39,097 nt of DNA from a virus. Taxonomy: Duplodnaviria > Caudoviricetes. The notes under the pieces are model-generated. The model saw nothing but the letters and a program-made list of their open reading frames with translations, was not told where the DNA came from and did not search any database. This document shows positions 8,090-18,125 of the stretch, in pieces. The position numbers and the translations under genes are program-made. Location: IMG/VR virus record IMGVR_UViG_3300017772_000040, positions 1 through 39,097 of that record, one strand, 5' to 3'. Position 1 is the stretch's first letter. Every line of letters begins with the position of its first letter.

Positions 8090-8842
8090 ATGAAAATTTC
8101 CATTAGTAAAATCGACCAAAACAATTTCATTAACTTCGTAAACAGACTTAAAGTTATTGATTCTTTTGTCTACTTTAAAATTAAAGACAGTGTAGTTCAG
8201 GCTTCAGCTTATTTACCACAGAGAGATGCAGTTAAGCATCATAGAATCGCGCTAAGCGAGGTATTTCAAGTAGAAGACGATGCTATCAAGACTGAAAAAG
8301 AATTAAAAATAGCTTTCTTCGATGCTTCTAAAATTACTGAAGCATTCAAGCAATTTGACTATGAGTCTATTCAGGGTGTTATTGAATTTGTAGAGAATGA
8401 AGAAGATTGTGTTGCTACAACATTTAAAATCTTTAACGATGACTTAGAAATTACATTATCATGTTCAGAGCCTTCATTAGGTTACAAAGACCTAACGGAA
8501 TCACAAATTAAAACTATATTTGATACGGAAGCTACTGACTTTAAATTTGACTTCGACTATGGAAGCATCTCTAAGGTTAGAAATTTATTCGGTTTAGATA
8601 AAGAAGAAACGTTTTCTATAAATGCAAACGGTAAAGGTGTTGAAATGAAAGGTAAGACTTACAATATGCTTGTCACTCCTGAATTTGATGGTGAAAAAAC
8701 TAAAGTAACATTGTTCAAAAAATATATTAACCTCTTAGATAAAGAAGATTATACCGCATGTGTGATGTCAAACCGTGTTGTGTTCAGGTCTTCTGATTCA
8801 GAAACACTTTTAACTATTGCAACATGTCAATCTAGCGACTAA
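8090..8842 (+). CDS. 45: probable DNA polymerase sliding clamp (gp45-like)
   Basis: 250 aa, acidic, alternating beta/alpha pattern, MKIS start, directly upstream of the polymerase C-subunit; no diagnostic catalytic motif. Confidence 0.55.
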   Translation: MKISISKIDQNNFINFVNRLKVIDSFVYFKIKDSVVQASAYLPQRDAVKHHRIALSEVFQVEDDAIKTEKELKIAFFDASKITEAFKQFDYESIQGVIEFVENEEDCVATTFKIFNDDLEITLSCSEPSLGYKDLTESQIKTIFDTEATDFKFDFDYGSISKVRNLFGLDKEETFSINANGKGVEMKGKTYNMLVTPEFDGEKTKVTLFKKYINLLDKEDYTACVMSNRVVFRSSDSETLLTIATCQSSD

Positions 8843-8844
8843 GT

Positions 8845-10041
8845 ATGCAATTAGAACAACTACTTGAAAGAAAAGAAGAAGAGCTTTCTAAGGATGAAAT
8901 GACAGCTCTTGCCGAACACTACGAACAAATGTCGGCAAAATACACTGCCTATGAACAAGCTGTAAAGGTTACTCTTAACTCTATTTACGGTGCATTTGGT
9001 AACAAGTGGTTTCACTTCTTTAATATCGAGATTGCAGAGTCTATTACACTGCAAGGACAAGATGCTATTTTATTTTCAGAAAAAATACTAAACAAGTATT
9101 TTCAAGAATTCTGGCACAATGATAAAGAAGTACATAATCGCTTTAACATTGAAATTAAAAATAAGTTAGTTAAACCTTCCGTAGTCTATATTGATACTGA
9201 TTCATGCTATGTTCAGTTTGAAGAAATGTATGAGTCTATTGATTGGCATGGTGAAAAATTACCAATTGATAAATTCATTATGGAAATGTATAACTTTAGA
9301 TTGAAAGGTTATATTGTTGCTGCAATGAAAAAGTATGCCGAATCTAGAAATACAGATAACTTCTTATTTTTTGAACTTGAAACAATTGCATACAGTGGTA
9401 TATGGCTAGCAAAGAAAAAGTATTTACAGAACATTGCATGGGAAGATAAATTAAAGATTGATGAAAGATACCCTCGTCTAAAGAAAATTAAAACGATAGG
9501 ATTTGACACTATTCAATCTTCGACTCCGACTCTTGCAAGAAAACAACTGACAGAAGCTATAAGTCTTGTTCTTTCAGAAAAGCCAACTGCAGAACTTTTA
9601 GGAAAACTAGTTAACTTCCTAAAGAAATGTAAGAAAGAATTTAAATTGGCTAACATAGACGATATAAGCTTTAACAAAAGGACTAATAACATTCAAAAGT
9701 ATATTGTAGACGACACTGTAGAATTTCAATATGGTTTAAAATGTCCTCCTAACGTTAAAGCAGCTGGATTCTATAATTATCTAATGAATAAGAATCCTAA
9801 ATATAAAAACAAATATAAGATGATAGGTAACGGTGAAAAACTTAAGATTTATCATTGTAAACATAACGTCTGTGAAATGTATGCATATCAACCAGGTGAA
9901 CATCCTTATGAAATAGCACCTGAAGTAGACTATGAAACACAATTTGAAAAAGCAGTTATCGATCCTTTAAACAGGGTGCTAACCGCATGTAGCTTACAGA
10001 GATTAAACAGAAACTTATTTTATTCAACCTCATTATTTTAA
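8845..10041 (+). CDS. 43: family B DNA polymerase, C-terminal subunit (motifs B and C, thumb)
   Basis: Motif B KVTLNSIYG, ITLQGQ, motif C YIDTDS, AKKKY, GFDTIQSSTP. Confidence 0.92.
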   Translation: MQLEQLLERKEEELSKDEMTALAEHYEQMSAKYTAYEQAVKVTLNSIYGAFGNKWFHFFNIEIAESITLQGQDAILFSEKILNKYFQEFWHNDKEVHNRFNIEIKNKLVKPSVVYIDTDSCYVQFEEMYESIDWHGEKLPIDKFIMEMYNFRLKGYIVAAMKKYAESRNTDNFLFFELETIAYSGIWLAKKKYLQNIAWEDKLKIDERYPRLKKIKTIGFDTIQSSTPTLARKQLTEAISLVLSEKPTAELLGKLVNFLKKCKKEFKLANIDDISFNKRTNNIQKYIVDDTVEFQYGLKCPPNVKAAGFYNYLMNKNPKYKNKYKMIGNGEKLKIYHCKHNVCEMYAYQPGEHPYEIAPEVDYETQFEKAVIDPLNRVLTACSLQRLNRNLFYSTSLF

Positions 10042-10046
10042 AAAAT

Positions 10047-10223
10047 ATGGATATAGAACAAATTAAAAAACTAGTAGAAAAGCTTCCAAACGATATGGAA
10101 CTAGGAGAAGCCGTTAGAGCTGCCTATTGGAAAGTTAGGAAATTAGAGCAAGCAAAAAATCCATCTCAATTAAGTATTTTTAATGACGAAGATAGAGATG
10201 ACGCAGTATTAGGTTATGATTGA
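10047..10223 (+). CDS. small protein with PNDMELG and QLSIF motifs (58 aa, not in ORF track)
   Basis: MDIEQIKKLVEKLPNDMELGEAVRAAYWKVRKLEQAKNPSQLSIFNDEDRDDAVLGYD; fills the gap between the polymerase and the next ORF. Confidence 0.7.
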   Translation: MDIEQIKKLVEKLPNDMELGEAVRAAYWKVRKLEQAKNPSQLSIFNDEDRDDAVLGYD

Positions 10224-10404
10224 TATTAATAATCTAACACCCGAACAAAGAGATTTCATTCATAAGTATCAGAAGCTTCATGCTAGGCTAGAAGAACTTC
10301 AGAAACAAATGAAAGAAATTGAGTATGAATCTAAAGAACTCATTAAAGAATTAGAGGTTCTTAGAAAAAAAGAAAATAAATTATTTAACAATGGCGAAAA
10401 ATAA
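10216..10404 (+). CDS. small coiled-coil hypothetical protein
   Basis: Heptad-rich 62-aa ORF overlapping both neighbours. Confidence 0.65.
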   Translation: MIDINNLTPEQRDFIHKYQKLHARLEELQKQMKEIEYESKELIKELEVLRKKENKLFNNGEK

Positions 10405-11494
10405 AACATTTACATTTGACGATTTAAATACAGAATTAGCAGAGTTAAATCCACTTGGTTCAGTAATGAATCAATCTAACTTTTCAGAAGTTACTGAATG
10501 GATTCACACTGGTAATTATCACCTTAACGCATGTGTATCAGGCTCTCTTTTTAAAGGGTGGCCTAACAACAGATCGTGTTCTGTTGCAGGACCTTCAGGA
10601 ACAGGTAAAACATTTTTAATGTTAAACACTGTAAGAGAAGCAATCAACATGGGTTACAACGTAATCTATTATGATTCAGAAGCGGCTGTGGATAAAGACC
10701 AGATGGAAAAATTCCAAATTGATACAACTAAAGTAAACTATCAACCCGTTAATACAGTTCAGGAATTCAGACAGTCCGTTACTACGATAACTAAGAAAAT
10801 GCAAGAAGCTAAAAGAAACGGAGCAGACTTACCTAAGATTATGATGGTCTTAGATTCAGCTGGTAATTTAGCAACTGCAAAGGAAATAGATGATGCAGTT
10901 TCTGGTAATGAAAAATCAGATATGACAAGGTCAAAAATTTTAAAGTCAATCTTTAGAATTATCATGACACCTTTAGCAGATTTAAAAATTCCTTTCTTAT
11001 TTACAAATCATACATATAGGACTCAAGATTTTATTAGTAGACAAGTTGCAGGCGGTGGAACAGGACCTGAGTACGCAGCATCTATTGTATTAATGCTTAA
11101 CAAAGCTCAATTAAAAGACGGTGCAGAGAAGGTAGGTATTGTAGTAAACGCAAAGCCAGATAAAAATAGATTTGCAAAACCACATCCAATTAAATTTCAC
11201 CTACACTTCACAGAAGGTATGAATCCTTATGTTGGGTTAGAGCATTACGTTGACTGGGATACCTGTGGAATTACAAGAGGAAATATAGTAAAAGGTGAAA
11301 AGATTCCAAAGGCAACTTCAAGAACTTGGATTTGCAAACACCTCGATACTACTGTATCTAATAAAGAATTCTTTACTTCTAAAGTTTTTACTGATGAAGT
11401 ATTAAAGAAAATAGATGGTGCAATTGAACCGTTGTTCAATTACAACTCAGAAGTTGGTCAAATTGATGTTGAAGAAATGCTTTCTGCAGACTAA
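10391..11494 (+). CDS. uvsX: RecA-like recombinase (UvsX)
   Basis: Walker A GPSGTGKT, YYDSEAA, Walker B VLDSAGNL, TNHTY, GGGTGPEYAAS, KNRF. Confidence 0.92.
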   Translation: MAKNKTFTFDDLNTELAELNPLGSVMNQSNFSEVTEWIHTGNYHLNACVSGSLFKGWPNNRSCSVAGPSGTGKTFLMLNTVREAINMGYNVIYYDSEAAVDKDQMEKFQIDTTKVNYQPVNTVQEFRQSVTTITKKMQEAKRNGADLPKIMMVLDSAGNLATAKEIDDAVSGNEKSDMTRSKILKSIFRIIMTPLADLKIPFLFTNHTYRTQDFISRQVAGGGTGPEYAASIVLMLNKAQLKDGAEKVGIVVNAKPDKNRFAKPHPIKFHLHFTEGMNPYVGLEHYVDWDTCGITRGNIVKGEKIPKATSRTWICKHLDTTVSNKEFFTSKVFTDEVLKKIDGAIEPLFNYNSEVGQIDVEEMLSAD

Positions 11495-11805
11495 TGGAAT
11501 TAAACATCAACGTAATTAACGAGGATAAATTGCCCATCAAATATGTCTTAGGCATACAGGAAGAGCTAGAGTCTTTTCCTGACGCCTTCGATATTATGCA
11601 TGTAATAATTGGTAAAGCAGTCAGACAACCTAAGAGACAAAAAGAAACATTTACTAAACACGCCTTTACGGCATATTACGCAAAAGGAAAAGAAGACAAT
11701 ATTGATAAAGGTTTAGAGCAAGCCGTTGGATTGGGGTTAATAGAACAAACCAACTTTAACGAAGGAAAAGAAGCTTTTAGAATTCTAATTAATCCTTTCG
11801 TTTAA
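11494..11805 (+). CDS. hypothetical protein, possible winged-helix
   Basis: C-terminal helix-GLIE-beta hairpin pattern (LEQAVGLGLIEQ..EAFRIL). Confidence 0.55.
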   Translation: MELNINVINEDKLPIKYVLGIQEELESFPDAFDIMHVIIGKAVRQPKRQKETFTKHAFTAYYAKGKEDNIDKGLEQAVGLGLIEQTNFNEGKEAFRILINPFV

Positions 11806-11832
11806 AAACAATTTGCTACTTTTTAGTAGAAG
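11806..11832 (+). promoter_or_regulatory. AAAC-N17-TAnAA promoter-like motif
   Basis: AAAC 11806-09, 17 nt, TAGAAG 11827-32, upstream of the helicase. Confidence 0.55.
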
Positions 11833-11847
11833 AATAAAAATAAGATA

Positions 11848-13161
11848 ATGAAATTTAGCCAAGACTTCGAAAAGATATTTTTTAAACTGTCTTTAGAAAA
11901 ACCAAAGTATTTAGATAAGATTAGAAAAGGTTTCTACACCTCTGAGGACATTGACATGTTACATTACTTGGCTAATAAGTTTTATGATAAGTTTCATGAA
12001 ACACCTACTGAAGACCAAATGAAGTTGCTTCTTCAGAATCCAAAGATAAAATCAAAAGTCGAACAAGACTTGGTTACAATTATATATGAAACCAGCCTAG
12101 CAAACTATGATGAAGAGTGGTTGATTAGCACTGCAGAAGCATGGATTAAATGGCGTAACTTTGACGCCACTTTACTAGATACTATTGAATATGTAAAAAC
12201 AACTGAAGTTACACCTGAGAATGTAGATAATATAGTTTCTAAAGTTAAAACTTTAATTAATGACAGGAACTCTATTGTATTTAATTCAGACCTAGGATTA
12301 GACTTCTTTAATCCCGAAGACCACCATCAAGAAGGAAACGTAAAGGTTTCTACAGGCTATAACTTTTTAGACAGGTTGTTAGCAGGTGGATATGACAAAG
12401 ATGGTTCTTTGGTAGTATATGTTGGTGAGTAAAACATCGGTAAATCTATTTACCTTGCTAATGATGCAGCAAATTTTGTTAGGATGGGAGTTAACACCGC
12501 TGTGATAACAGCTGAAATGTCAGCTCATAAATTTATGAAACGTATAGGTTCTAATCTTTTAAGAATTCCTATGAATGAATATGAGGAAAAAGCACAGAAC
12601 AAGGATTTAATGAAAAGAAAGCTGGAAAAAGTAGGAGATGGTTTAACACCGCCTGGTCAACTTTTTGTTAAACAGTTTCCAACATCACAGGCAACAGTAT
12701 CTGATATTGAAGCTTATTTAAAACAGATTGAAGAAGAGCGAAAAATAAAATTAGGATGTGTAGTGATTGATTATATTAACATTCTTTCTAACTTTAGAAA
12801 CCCAAACTCTGAAAATACTTATTTAAAGATTAAACAAATAGCAGAAGATTTAAGAGCAATGGGTGTAAGAAACGGATGGCTGATAGTTACTGCTACTCAA
12901 ATTAATAGAAACAATTACAATTCCAGCGATATTGGAATGGGTGATGTTGCCGAATCCGCCGGTCTTTCACACACTGCAGATGTAATGCTAGGTATCATAC
13001 AAGATGACTTGATGAGAGCTAGTTATGAATATTGGTTGAAAGTTTTAAAGATAAGAGATGGTGAAGGAAAAGGAACTAAATGTAAATTAAACATCAACTA
13101 TTCAATAATGAAATTAACCGAAACCGATGATATTGGAAATTCTAATATCCATTCCATTTAA
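11848..13161 (+). CDS. 41: DnaB/gp41-like replicative helicase, interrupted by one in-frame TAA at 12430-12432
   Basis: The two track ORFs share a frame; read through, Walker A is VGE*NIGKS; also TAEMS, VIDYINI, TATQINR, AESAGLSHTAD, LKIRDG. Confidence 0.9.
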
Positions 13162-13164
13162 ACT

Positions 13165-13608
13165 ATGAGACATAAAAGAGACAAAATTTTCGACAACACA
13201 TTTGAAGAAACAGGCTTTGAATTAGATTCAAGTATTTCTTTTCAACTTGCACCTCAATTTACTGACACTAGAAGCGAAGAAGAAAAAATAGAAAGCGCTG
13301 CGATTAGGGATAAAATACATGACCTAATTACTAACTCTAGATTTAAAATCTTTAACCAGATTGATGAGTTTCAGCAAGTACAGAAGCTTAAGAAAATGGA
13401 TATTAATGAAATTTATGAGTATGTATCGGATGAAATGGAAGCTAATTATTCTCTAATAGATTTATTTTCAGAGCTATGTGATTATTTTAACATTAATCCT
13501 ACTAAATTTTATTCTTCACTAAGTAATAAATTTAAAGAAGATTTAATCTCCGAACTAGACCAAAGAACAAACATTCTTCAAAAGAAAAACATAAATCGCT
13601 TATTCTAA
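13165..13608 (+). CDS. 33: gp33-like late transcription co-activator
   Basis: C-half LIDLFSELCDYFNINPTKFYSSLSNKFKEDLISEL..NIL resembles T4-like gp33 proteins; hydrophobic tail NRLF. Confidence 0.5.
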   Translation: MRHKRDKIFDNTFEETGFELDSSISFQLAPQFTDTRSEEEKIESAAIRDKIHDLITNSRFKIFNQIDEFQQVQKLKKMDINEIYEYVSDEMEANYSLIDLFSELCDYFNINPTKFYSSLSNKFKEDLISELDQRTNILQKKNINRLF

Positions 13609-13611
13609 TTT

Positions 13612-14724
13612 ATGATAAGTAATGAAAATATAAAACAACCTGTAAAAAGAATATGGGTACTAGGAGATATGCATTTAGGCGTACGATCCAATTCTTTAGA
13701 ATGGCTAGAAATCCAAAAGGATTTTTATGAGAACAAATTTATCCCTATTCTTAAAAAGAACGTAAGAAAGGGAGATATTCTTGTTCAGGTTGGAGACGCT
13801 TTTGATAATAGGCAAAGTATTAATCTAAGAGTTTTACATTATGCCGTTGATTTGTTCGAAAGACTAGGTGAAATTCTACCAGTACATGTTATTTGTGGTA
13901 ATCATGACATTTGGGCTAAAAAATCTAATGAAGTAAGTTCTATTGATAGTTTAAAGTGGATTCCTAATGTACAAGTATATAAAAAACCAAAGGTGTATAC
14001 ATGGAACAAAAAGAAGGTATTGCTAATGCCATGGAGAAGAGACTCTGACCATGAAGCGGAAACATTGGCTAAATATCCTAGTGCTAATCTAGTTTTCTGT
14101 CACTCTGAAGTTAGCGGTGTAAAATTAAATTCTAAAGTTAAAAATAACGAAGGAACTAACACCAATTCATATAAGAATTTCGATGCAGTATATTCAGGCC
14201 ATATTCATTATAGACAAACTAAAGGAAAGTTAAGGTTGGTTGGAACTCCTTATCAATTGACACGATCAGATTCAGGTAACACTAAAGGGTTTGACCTCGT
14301 TGATTTAGACACCATGGAAGAGACTTTCTTTGAGAATGATATATCACCAAAGTTCGTAAAGTTCTATCTTACCTCACTTTACAATGTAACCCTGGGTGAA
14401 TTTAAAGACAACATCAGAAATAACTTCGTAGACTTATATGTTCCTTCCAATATAGCGACAACTTCAGCCCTAGGAAGACTTATTAATAAAGTTCAAAAGA
14501 TAGGTAGAAAAATAGAACCTAACATATATGAACAAGATACATTTTTAGATAAAGACTTATATGACATGGACGAAATAGAGGACATGTATAAAAACTATAA
14601 CATATTACATTTATGTAATTTGTACGTTGACGGTATGCAAGCTGAAGATGAAATGAAACAAAAGGTAAAAAACAAATTAAAATCTTTGCACGACCTTTGT
14701 GTCTATAACTACGAAACAGAATGA
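13612..14724 (+). CDS. 47: recombination nuclease subunit (Mre11/SbcD-like)
   Basis: GDMHLG, GDAFD, GNHD, CH, SGHIH phosphoesterase motifs. Confidence 0.92.
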   Translation: MISNENIKQPVKRIWVLGDMHLGVRSNSLEWLEIQKDFYENKFIPILKKNVRKGDILVQVGDAFDNRQSINLRVLHYAVDLFERLGEILPVHVICGNHDIWAKKSNEVSSIDSLKWIPNVQVYKKPKVYTWNKKKVLLMPWRRDSDHEAETLAKYPSANLVFCHSEVSGVKLNSKVKNNEGTNTNSYKNFDAVYSGHIHYRQTKGKLRLVGTPYQLTRSDSGNTKGFDLVDLDTMEETFFENDISPKFVKFYLTSLYNVTLGEFKDNIRNNFVDLYVPSNIATTSALGRLINKVQKIGRKIEPNIYEQDTFLDKDLYDMDEIEDMYKNYNILHLCNLYVDGMQAEDEMKQKVKNKLKSLHDLCVYNYETE

Positions 14725-16391
14725 AAATACAATCCATAGAATTTAAAAACTTTGCCTCTTATGGAAACAAAATTCAGAAGATAGAATTTAGAGAAGATAG
14801 GGCGGAATTATTTTTGACTCTAGGTAAAAATGGGCACGGTAAAACCACTATCGCAAATGCAATAGTATACTCACTATATGGAAAGGTAGAAGGAGTAAAG
14901 CTAGGAGATATTCCAAATAGAATTAATAAAGACCTTTGGGTTAGAATAAAATTAACATGTAAGAACACTGTTGTTGAAATAGAGAGAGGGCTTATGCCTA
15001 ACAAGTTTAAAGTTCTTTTAAACGGAGTAGAGTTCGATAAAGCAGGTAAAAAATCTGTACAGGAATATTTAGAAGAAGAAATTTTCGGTATACCTTACCA
15101 TGTGTTTAAAAATATAATCATTCTTTCTGTAAATGATTTTAAGTCGTTCTTAACTATGTCTAACTATGATAAGAAACAAATTATTGATAGGATGTTCGGG
15201 TTCTCGGTGCTGAATGACATGCAACAACAAGTTAAAGAAGATAGGAGAGAATTAAAAACAGACTTAGATTCTTATGATAGGGAATTAAATCAGATAAGTG
15301 AGAGTATAGTTTCAGTTAATATGAAATTAAATCAACTTCTCGCAGAAAAAACTGAAAAAGATAGCAGTAAAATACAAGAATTAAAAGACACTCTTATTGG
15401 GTTAAATGAAGAGCTAAAGAATTTAAATAAGTTAAAAACAGACCAAACAGATATTTTAGATTCTTTAAACTCTGAACATAACGACAAAAGGTCAGAAGCT
15501 TCAGATATTAAGAGAGAAATAGATTACTTGAAAAAGAAGCTAGAATTATATGAAAGTGGTCATTGCCCTACATGTGAAACTAAATTAACTTCTGATTGGC
15601 ACTTATCTCAAAAATCTACTTTCAGTGAAAAGATAAATGAAAGCACAGAAAATATAAAAACAATCAAAGTACAGATGGATGAAATAGGTGAAAAGCTTTC
15701 ATCAGTCCGCTTTACAAAAACAGATATTGAGTCTAAAATAACTGACCATAAGTTTAATATGTCAAAATTTAAAGATGAATTAATATCTCTTAAAGACAAG
15801 GATACTTCTTCTGATTTCGACCATTTAAAACAAATCATTTCTGATTTTCAAAAACAAGAAGAGTCTAAGGCTAATTTAAAAGACAATGTAACCGAAGACT
15901 ATCACTTCTTAGAAACTATTGAAGAAGTTCTTGGAGAAGATGGTGTTAAAAATTTAGCGATTAAAACAATTCTTCCTGGGTTGAATGCAAATATTGCAGC
16001 AATGACACAGACGATGCACCTCCCTTTTCACATTAGGTTTGATGAAAAATTCGATTGCTTGATAAATCACTTAGGAGAAGAAATTAATCCACTAACCCTT
16101 TCAACAGGTGAGAGGAAAAAAGCAGACTTTATTATTATCATCGCAATAATTAAAATCTTAAAATTAAGGTTTCCTCAATTAAATCTATTATTCTTAGATG
16201 AATTGTTATCATCTGTCGATGCAGACGGTGTCCATAATATTATTAAGATTTTAGGACAAGTAATTAAAGAGTCTAATATAAATACATTTGTGATTAATCA
16301 CTCAACTCTTCCACATGAATTATTCGATAAAAAAATCCAAATCTATAGAGAGAACGGTTTTTCTAAATTCGATATAGAAACAATTGAATAA
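14721..16391 (+). CDS. 46: recombination ATPase subunit (Rad50/SbcC-like)
   Basis: GKNGHGKT, coiled coils, CPTC zinc hook, LSTGE signature, FLDE, INH. Confidence 0.93.
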   Translation: MKIQSIEFKNFASYGNKIQKIEFREDRAELFLTLGKNGHGKTTIANAIVYSLYGKVEGVKLGDIPNRINKDLWVRIKLTCKNTVVEIERGLMPNKFKVLLNGVEFDKAGKKSVQEYLEEEIFGIPYHVFKNIIILSVNDFKSFLTMSNYDKKQIIDRMFGFSVLNDMQQQVKEDRRELKTDLDSYDRELNQISESIVSVNMKLNQLLAEKTEKDSSKIQELKDTLIGLNEELKNLNKLKTDQTDILDSLNSEHNDKRSEASDIKREIDYLKKKLELYESGHCPTCETKLTSDWHLSQKSTFSEKINESTENIKTIKVQMDEIGEKLSSVRFTKTDIESKITDHKFNMSKFKDELISLKDKDTSSDFDHLKQIISDFQKQEESKANLKDNVTEDYHFLETIEEVLGEDGVKNLAIKTILPGLNANIAAMTQTMHLPFHIRFDEKFDCLINHLGEEINPLTLSTGERKKADFIIIIAIIKILKLRFPQLNLLFLDELLSSVDADGVHNIIKILGQVIKESNINTFVINHSTLPHELFDKKIQIYRENGFSKFDIETIE

Positions 16392-16399
16392 GATATATA
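16392..16399 (+). promoter_or_regulatory. late-promoter-like octamer
   Basis: GATATATA, 4 nt before ATG 16404. Confidence 0.6.
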
Positions 16400-16403
16400 G
16401 TGT

Positions 16404-17198
16404 ATGGCTAGTTACAATTTAAAATTTAACACTGACGATTCTGTTATTAGACATATAATAGTAGGTCTTCTCGCGGATTTAAACAACAAGGTTTTTTTCC
16501 ATAGACAATTAAGCAATAATAAGCGAAGTATTATTGACGTTCCTTTCTATTATTCTATTACAGGAGATGATGAATTTCTAAGAGACAATTTTCTATTTCA
16601 GACACCAACAGGTCCGGATTGTGTACCCGATCCAGGGTTTGCTGACGGAAACTATGATGTTGTGCCAAGAGGAGTTGCTAATATGACGAGCATGTCAATA
16701 AATGCTGATAAGCTGGTTAATAAAAGAATTCAAGGTCAATATACTAAGATGAATGAAGAAGGAGGAATGGAAGGCTATGTTTCAGAATTTGAAATGATAC
16801 CCATAACTCTAGGGTTTGATGTTGAAATATTAGTTTCATCTACACTAGATGCATTTAAACTAACCGAGGCTATGATTAAAAGACTCTATAAGTCTAACTA
16901 TTTTAACGTAGAAGTAGGACATCTGAATGAAGGTACTTACAGGTTATCATCCTATTACTCGATGCCAGACGATTATGAAATAGCAAGACCAATAGAATTT
17001 ACATTCGAAGATAAAGAGCAATATAAAATAGCCTTTCCACTCGAGGTAAATACATTCATACCTTCATTCGAGTATGATACAGAAACACATGCTGGAAAGA
17101 GAATGTTTCAAATTAAATCTAACATCATTCAGAACTTAGATATAAACGGAACTCCTTCTCCAGGTGACACCAATATAATAGATGAAAACGACCTTTAA
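16404..17198 (+). CDS. 15: tail terminator/sheath stabiliser (gp15-like)
   Basis: IDVPFYY, VPR, PITLGFDVEIL pattern of T4-like gp15; late motif upstream. Confidence 0.65.
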   Translation: MASYNLKFNTDDSVIRHIIVGLLADLNNKVFFHRQLSNNKRSIIDVPFYYSITGDDEFLRDNFLFQTPTGPDCVPDPGFADGNYDVVPRGVANMTSMSINADKLVNKRIQGQYTKMNEEGGMEGYVSEFEMIPITLGFDVEILVSSTLDAFKLTEAMIKRLYKSNYFNVEVGHLNEGTYRLSSYYSMPDDYEIARPIEFTFEDKEQYKIAFPLEVNTFIPSFEYDTETHAGKRMFQIKSNIIQNLDINGTPSPGDTNIIDENDL

Positions 17199-17204
17199 TA
17201 AAGG

Positions 17205-17212
17205 AATATATA
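17205..17212 (+). promoter_or_regulatory. late-promoter-like octamer
   Basis: AATATATA. Confidence 0.55.
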
Positions 17213-17237
17213 CAAAAAGAAAATAAATATAAAAATC

Positions 17238-18014
17238 ATGAATAACAACATTCTTTCTCCATTCGTTAAGATAGAAGACAATGTACAGTTCTACGTAAAT
17301 GGACGAGTATTTGAGTTAAATTCTTCTAATGAATTAAAAGAGCTAGAGCAAAAAGAAGTAAACAAATCTTTAATCCCTAGCGTTCAAGCATTCGAAAACT
17401 TTCAGTTTAGCGAATCAAAAGTAGTATGGTATCACGAAGGTGCTAAATTTACATACAATATTAAAGAAAATAAATTCTTCTGGGGTGAAACTGAGGTTCT
17501 CTTATCTGAAGAACAAAGTTTTTCTAAGCATGTAATGGCAGCTGGTGCAGTTAGATATGCACATAAGAATTTAGCTGAACTTTTTGAATCACTTCCTTCT
17601 TTAGTTGAAAGCTATATAGTTTTAGATTTTGCAGCTGGATTTGAAGGAAACAATATAACTGTAGACTTATTTAAAGTAGATGAAAAAGTTTACGTTTCAA
17701 GATATAATAACGATACTAAACTTTCTAAATTCTTTGTTGCTGAAAATGGTAATAAAGCAGTTGAGTATGTTAAAGACCAAACTGGAGAATCTGCACTTGA
17801 TTTCTTAAAAGAAATGGTAGATGGAGAATTATCTAAAGAAGCTGAAATAGCTGGTGAATTAAAACAATATGAATCAATGATTTCATTCTTAAAAGACCAG
17901 AGAAATTTATTAGCTGATGCAGATAAATCAGTTGAAGAAATTAAAGAAGCAGACACTTTAATCAATCAGGAGATTAAAACCTGGGAAGATAAAATTGCAG
18001 AGCTTAAAGCTTAA
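17238..18014 (+). CDS. hypothetical protein, probably late/virion
   Basis: 258 aa with C-terminal coiled coil; has its own late motif and terminator. Confidence 0.75.
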   Translation: MNNNILSPFVKIEDNVQFYVNGRVFELNSSNELKELEQKEVNKSLIPSVQAFENFQFSESKVVWYHEGAKFTYNIKENKFFWGETEVLLSEEQSFSKHVMAAGAVRYAHKNLAELFESLPSLVESYIVLDFAAGFEGNNITVDLFKVDEKVYVSRYNNDTKLSKFFVAENGNKAVEYVKDQTGESALDFLKEMVDGELSKEAEIAGELKQYESMISFLKDQRNLLADADKSVEEIKEADTLINQEIKTWEDKIAELKA

Positions 18015-18037
18015 TTCCAATCTTATTTAATTTAAAA

Positions 18038-18066
18038 AAGGGGACCAACGGTCCCCTTCTTTGTTT
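18038..18066 (+). terminator. intrinsic terminator
   Basis: AAGGGGACC-AAC-GGTCCCCTT then CTTTGTTT. Confidence 0.8.
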
Positions 18067-18077
18067 GTATACAATAT

Positions 18078-18104
18078 AAACAAAATCAGTTATTTTAGTA
18101 TAAT
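18078..18104 (+). promoter_or_regulatory. AAAC-N17-TAnAA promoter-like motif
   Basis: AAAC 18078-81, 17 nt, TATAAT 18099-104, directly after the terminator. Confidence 0.65.
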
Positions 18105-18125
18105 AACTAATAAACTCACATTACA

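Noticed and set aside
4700-8960. Split intein or trans-splicing intron joining the polymerase halves
   Set aside because: No intein-like Cys/Ser start block or His-Asn end in either gene, and no non-coding space before the C-gene
11848-13161. Two independent genes as listed in the ORF track
   Set aside because: Same frame, and the break bisects Walker A; it is one helicase gene
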